Source: a virus (lineage: Duplodnaviria > Heunggongvirae > Uroviricota > Caudoviricetes). Taken from it: a stretch of DNA of 8,279 nucleotides. Made by a program: the position numbers and the translations under genes. The stretch covers positions 1 through 8,279 of IMG/VR virus record IMGVR_UViG_2695420456_000001, one strand, 5' to 3'. Positions 6,120-8,279 of the stretch are shown in pieces (within the stretch, counting starts at the first letter, position 1; every line of letters begins with the position of its first letter). Under the pieces are notes generated by a model. It did no database searches, was not told the origin of the DNA, and saw only the letters and a program-made list of their open reading frames with translations.

Positions 6120-6312
6120 CTCCTGCTCTCCGGTTCCATTTTTCAGCCGCCGCAGCAACTGATGGTGCCCATGCCCCCCTGGCTTCACAGAGGTCACATT
6201 CTGCATAGCCCCACACATCAATATTTATTCCGGCCTCAACCCACAGACGAGCATTACCGCCGCAAAACGGACATTCTTTTAGCTTTGGCTGGGTTAATGA
6301 TAGGTCGCTCAT
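6076..6312 (-). CDS. lar: Lar-family restriction-alleviation protein (78 aa)
   Basis: Zinc-ribbon pattern KECPFCGG...CDLCEA followed by AAEKWNRRA, the hallmark of Lar/RalR from Rac. ATG 6312 has AGGAG 5 nt upstream. The 3' end overlaps the ninB start by 44 nt in another frame. Confidence 0.7.
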   Translation of the reverse strand: MSDLSLTQPKLKECPFCGGNARLWVEAGINIDVWGYAECDLCEARGAWAPSVAAAAEKWNRRAGDEANLSASQRSNQK

Positions 6313-6322
6313 GCTCACTCCT

Positions 6323-6538
6323 TCACTTTAAATCCAGACTCCGGATAATTCTGTTGCGCTGAAACTCATTGTTGAGTTTGAACAACCGTCGAAGAACACG
6401 GTCACGCGGATAGCGTCGTGCGGCAGGTGAATGCTCATACAACTCATCAAGCGGCAAACTGGACGATGAACGATACCGATACCAACGCACCAACTCTTCA
6501 CGAAAATTAGCCCTGACAAGCTCAGCTATCGTACTCAT
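6323..6538 (-). CDS. Hypothetical Arg-rich small protein (71 aa), unrecognised
   Basis: ATG 6538 with GAGGAGG about 10 nt upstream; stop TGA at 6323-6325 overlaps the lar ribosome-binding site. Translation MSTIAELVRANFREELVRWYRYRSSSSLPLDELYEHSPAARRYPRDRVLRRLFKLNNEFQRNRIIRSLDLK has 14 Arg. Confidence 0.45.
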   Translation of the reverse strand: MSTIAELVRANFREELVRWYRYRSSSSLPLDELYEHSPAARRYPRDRVLRRLFKLNNEFQRNRIIRSLDLK

Positions 6539-6670
6539 TTCTTAAAACCTCCTCAAACGCATTCTGACGCATTTTTCATTCTCGCTGCTTATCGGCATGC
6601 CTTGCACGTGCTTACCTCACCACAGAGCGATTGTGATGCCTTAAAAGCGATTTATTGAAGTGATATTTGC

Positions 6671-6949
6671 TTAATCGAAATTCTTTTCTTTGATTCCTGC
6701 GGCCCTGATGGCTTTCATTACTGCAATTACCGTTTTGTCACGCCCATCCTCATAACCCATCGCATAAGCACCTTCTTCACCATCTTTCCAAAGGTCGTCA
6801 TTCGATTCGGGCCAGTCGATATCCAGTTCAATAGCAGAGCGCGATGCCTGCCATATCACCCAGGCAAACTCTTTTAATTCATCGTCTCCCGTGAACTGGC
6901 TTTTGTCTTTTGACCACCAGTTTTCAAACTGTCGGTAGCTATCGTTCAC
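6671..6949 (-). CDS. Hypothetical acidic Trp-rich small protein (92 aa from GTG), unrecognised
   Basis: Probable GTG start at 6949 with GGGGAGAGGGGA just upstream; the track TTG start at 6964 lies in the terminator T-tract. Translation (M)NDSYRQFENWWSKDKSQFTGDDELKEFAWVIWQASRSAIELDIDWPESNDDLWKDGEEGAYAMGYEDGRDKTVIAVMKAIRAAGIKEKNFD has 21 Asp+Glu against 12 Lys+Arg, and 5 Trp. Confidence 0.45.
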   Translation of the reverse strand: MNDSYRQFENWWSKDKSQFTGDDELKEFAWVIWQASRSAIELDIDWPESNDDLWKDGEEGAYAMGYEDGRDKTVIAVMKAIRAAGIKEKNFD

Positions 6950-6962
6950 TCCCCTCTCCCCC

Positions 6963-6994
6963 AAATAAAAAGGCCTGCGATTACCAGCAGGCCT
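6963..6994 (-). terminator. tR2-like rho-independent terminator directly after ren
   Basis: Perfect 8-bp stem AGGCCTGC/GCAGGCCT with an 8-nt loop, followed on the minus strand by UUUUUAUUU. Its position after ren matches lambda tR2. Confidence 0.6.
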
Positions 6995-7019
6995 GTTATT
7001 AGCTCAGTGATGTAGATGG

Positions 7020-7310
7020 TCATCTTTTAACTCCATATACCGCCAATACCCGTTTCATCGCTGCACTCTGGCGACACTCCTTAAAAATCAGGTTCGTGCT
7101 CACCTTTCCTTCCCGTTCTTCCCTGGTAGCAAACCGGTAATACACCGTTCGCCAGACCTTACCATCAATGACCAGGATTCCTGCCCGCGCCATTTTAGCC
7201 GCAGCCTGATTTATGCTGGTTACGGTTGCGCCTGTTACCGCGGAAACGTCCTGTGCACAGAAGTTCTTATGCGTCCCGAGGTAATGAATAATTGCCTCTT
7301 TGCCCGTCAT
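7020..7310 (-). CDS. ren: Ren protein (96 aa)
   Basis: MTGKEAIIHYLGTHKNFCAQDVSAVTGATVTSINQAAAKMARAGILVIDGKVWRTVYYRFATREEREGKVSTNLIFKECRQSAAMKRVLAVYGVKR, near-identical to lambda Ren as recalled. Start overlaps the P stop as ATGA. Confidence 0.85.
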   Translation of the reverse strand: MTGKEAIIHYLGTHKNFCAQDVSAVTGATVTSINQAAAKMARAGILVIDGKVWRTVYYRFATREEREGKVSTNLIFKECRQSAAMKRVLAVYGVKR

Positions 7311-8008
7311 ACACTTGCTCCTTTCAGTCCGAACTTAGCTTTAATTTCTGCGATCTTCGCCAGAGCCTGTGCTCGATTTAGAGGTCTGCCGCCCATGACA
7401 GGAAGTTGTTTTACTGGTTCAGGTATCGTCTCACCACGGTTAATTCGTGCTGTCATACAGGTCAGTTCATCGGCAGCCTTGCGCCGTAATTCCGCGTCAG
7501 TCAGCGCATTGGCCCGCATGTTCTGGTACAGGTTGGTAACCAGCCAGTAGTGCGCGTTTGATTTCCACGGATAAGACTCTGCATCCGGATACAGGCCACG
7601 CTTCCGGCAATACTCGTAAACCATATCAACCAGCTCGCTGACGTTTGGCAGTCCGGCGATAACGGATGCTTCTTCCCGGCACCATGCAACAAACTGCCCG
7701 GGTGATGGAAGAAATGGTCGATTCTGCCGACGGGCTACGCGCATTCCTGCGTTAACCTGTTCCATCGAGGTGATCCCGTTTTCCCGGAAAGCCAGAACCC
7801 ACTGGCGGCGGATTTCATTCAGTTCGTTCTGGTCCCGGTTAGCCAGACTCGCCGGGAAAGTTGCCAGTAACTGGCTGAACACACCGTTGATGATCTGCGC
7901 TACCTGTTGTACCTGCGGCTTTTCGTCGTACTGTTCCGGCATGTTGTTGGCGATCCGACGCATCTGCTCACGGTCAAAGTTAACCATCTGTGCGGCGATG
8001 TTTTTCAT
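7307..8008 (-). CDS. P: Replication protein P (DnaB helicase loader, 233 aa)
   Basis: MKNIAAQMVNFDREQMRRIANNMPEQYDEKPQVQQVAQIINGVFSQLL...AKFGLKGASV, essentially lambda P in length and sequence as recalled. Start overlaps the O stop as ATGA. Confidence 0.9.
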   Translation of the reverse strand: MKNIAAQMVNFDREQMRRIANNMPEQYDEKPQVQQVAQIINGVFSQLLATFPASLANRDQNELNEIRRQWVLAFRENGITSMEQVNAGMRVARRQNRPFLPSPGQFVAWCREEASVIAGLPNVSELVDMVYEYCRKRGLYPDAESYPWKSNAHYWLVTNLYQNMRANALTDAELRRKAADELTCMTARINRGETIPEPVKQLPVMGGRPLNRAQALAKIAEIKAKFGLKGASV

Positions 8009-8279
8009 AAATCCACCCCGTAAATCCAGTCAGTGTTTGTCAGGTCGAGTTTTGGTTTTCCAGCTGTCACGCCAGCCTGTTGCTTGTTACGGTTGATTTC
8101 GAGTTGGGTCCACTTGTCGCGGAGTTTGGCCGGACTTAGCACGTTACCGGACCAGAAGTTGTCCTGGCATGCCCAGCGGAACAGCACGCACATGTCGCGG
8201 TGGTTACGTCCGTCACGTTCACGCATCAGGCGGATATCGTTAGCCCACCCTGCAAAATTCGGTTTTCTGGCTGATGGTG
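8005..8279 (-). CDS. O: Replication initiator O, C-terminal part (N-terminus beyond the window end)
   Basis: The frame is open from the window edge: ...PSARKPNFAGWANDIRLMRERDGRNHRDMCVLFRWACQDNFWSGNVLSPAKLRDKWTQLEINRNKQQAGVTAGKPKLDLTNTDWIYGVDL*, matching the lambda O C-terminus as recalled. The track ORF 8005..8226 is only its Met-initiated tail. Confidence 0.85.
   Translation of the reverse strand, partial: PSARKPNFAGWANDIRLMRERDGRNHRDMCVLFRWACQDNFWSGNVLSPAKLRDKWTQLEINRNKQQAGVTAGKPKLDLTNTDWIYGVDL

Noticed and set aside
6120-6221. N-terminal extension of ninB (track start 6221) and plus-strand ORF 6111..6362
   Set aside because: Recalled lambda NinB alignment begins at the Met at 6119, which has a ribosome-binding site. 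The extension would overlap lar extensively, and the plus-strand ORF is antisense to lar and ninB.
6328-6519. Alternative minus-strand frame (63 aa) inside the 71-aa ORF
   Set aside because: It has no ribosome-binding site and a Cys/Ser-rich composition. The 6323..6538 frame has a GAGGAGG ribosome-binding site and a stop placed exactly at the lar ribosome-binding site.
7269-8096. Plus-strand ORFs 7269..7550 and 7770..8096, and minus-strand ORF 7501..7692
   Set aside because: They are antisense or out of frame within P and O, which are confidently identified. These are shadow ORFs.
1-8279. CRISPR arrays, IS elements, transposase or integrase genes, attachment sites
   Set aside because: I saw no regularly spaced direct repeats, no terminal inverted repeats, and no ORF with recombinase or transposase hallmarks. 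The prophage ends are not in this window.

Overview
The window reads as a lambdoid prophage segment with every supported gene on the minus strand. In transcription order (high to low coordinates) it carries: the C-terminus of replication protein O, P and ren (recognised as near-identical to phage lambda); a tR2-like terminator; two unrecognised small ORFs (acidic 92 aa, Arg-rich 71 aa); a Lar-family restriction-alleviation gene; ninB; a phage Dam-type adenine methyltransferase; ninE; a terminator; an ORF6N/Roi-like gene; a Rha/KilAC antirepressor; a ybcO-like gene; rusA; a Q-like late antiterminator candidate; a pR'-like promoter with a tR'-like terminator; a methyltransferase C-terminal remnant; a promoter-tRNA-terminator cassette (Ile-CAU, Arg-UCG, Arg-UCU); and a cargo region of two small unknown genes plus a truncated TerB-like gene. 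The Q / pR' / tRNA-trio layout is the one known from Stx-converting phages, but the slot where stx would sit holds different cargo. The two strongest candidates for something undescribed are that cargo (1..1055) and the small-ORF pair after ren (6323..6949). All protein identifications are from reading the translations and recalling family hallmarks; no database search, tRNA scan or folding program was run. The plus-strand ORFs in the track appear to be antisense artefacts.
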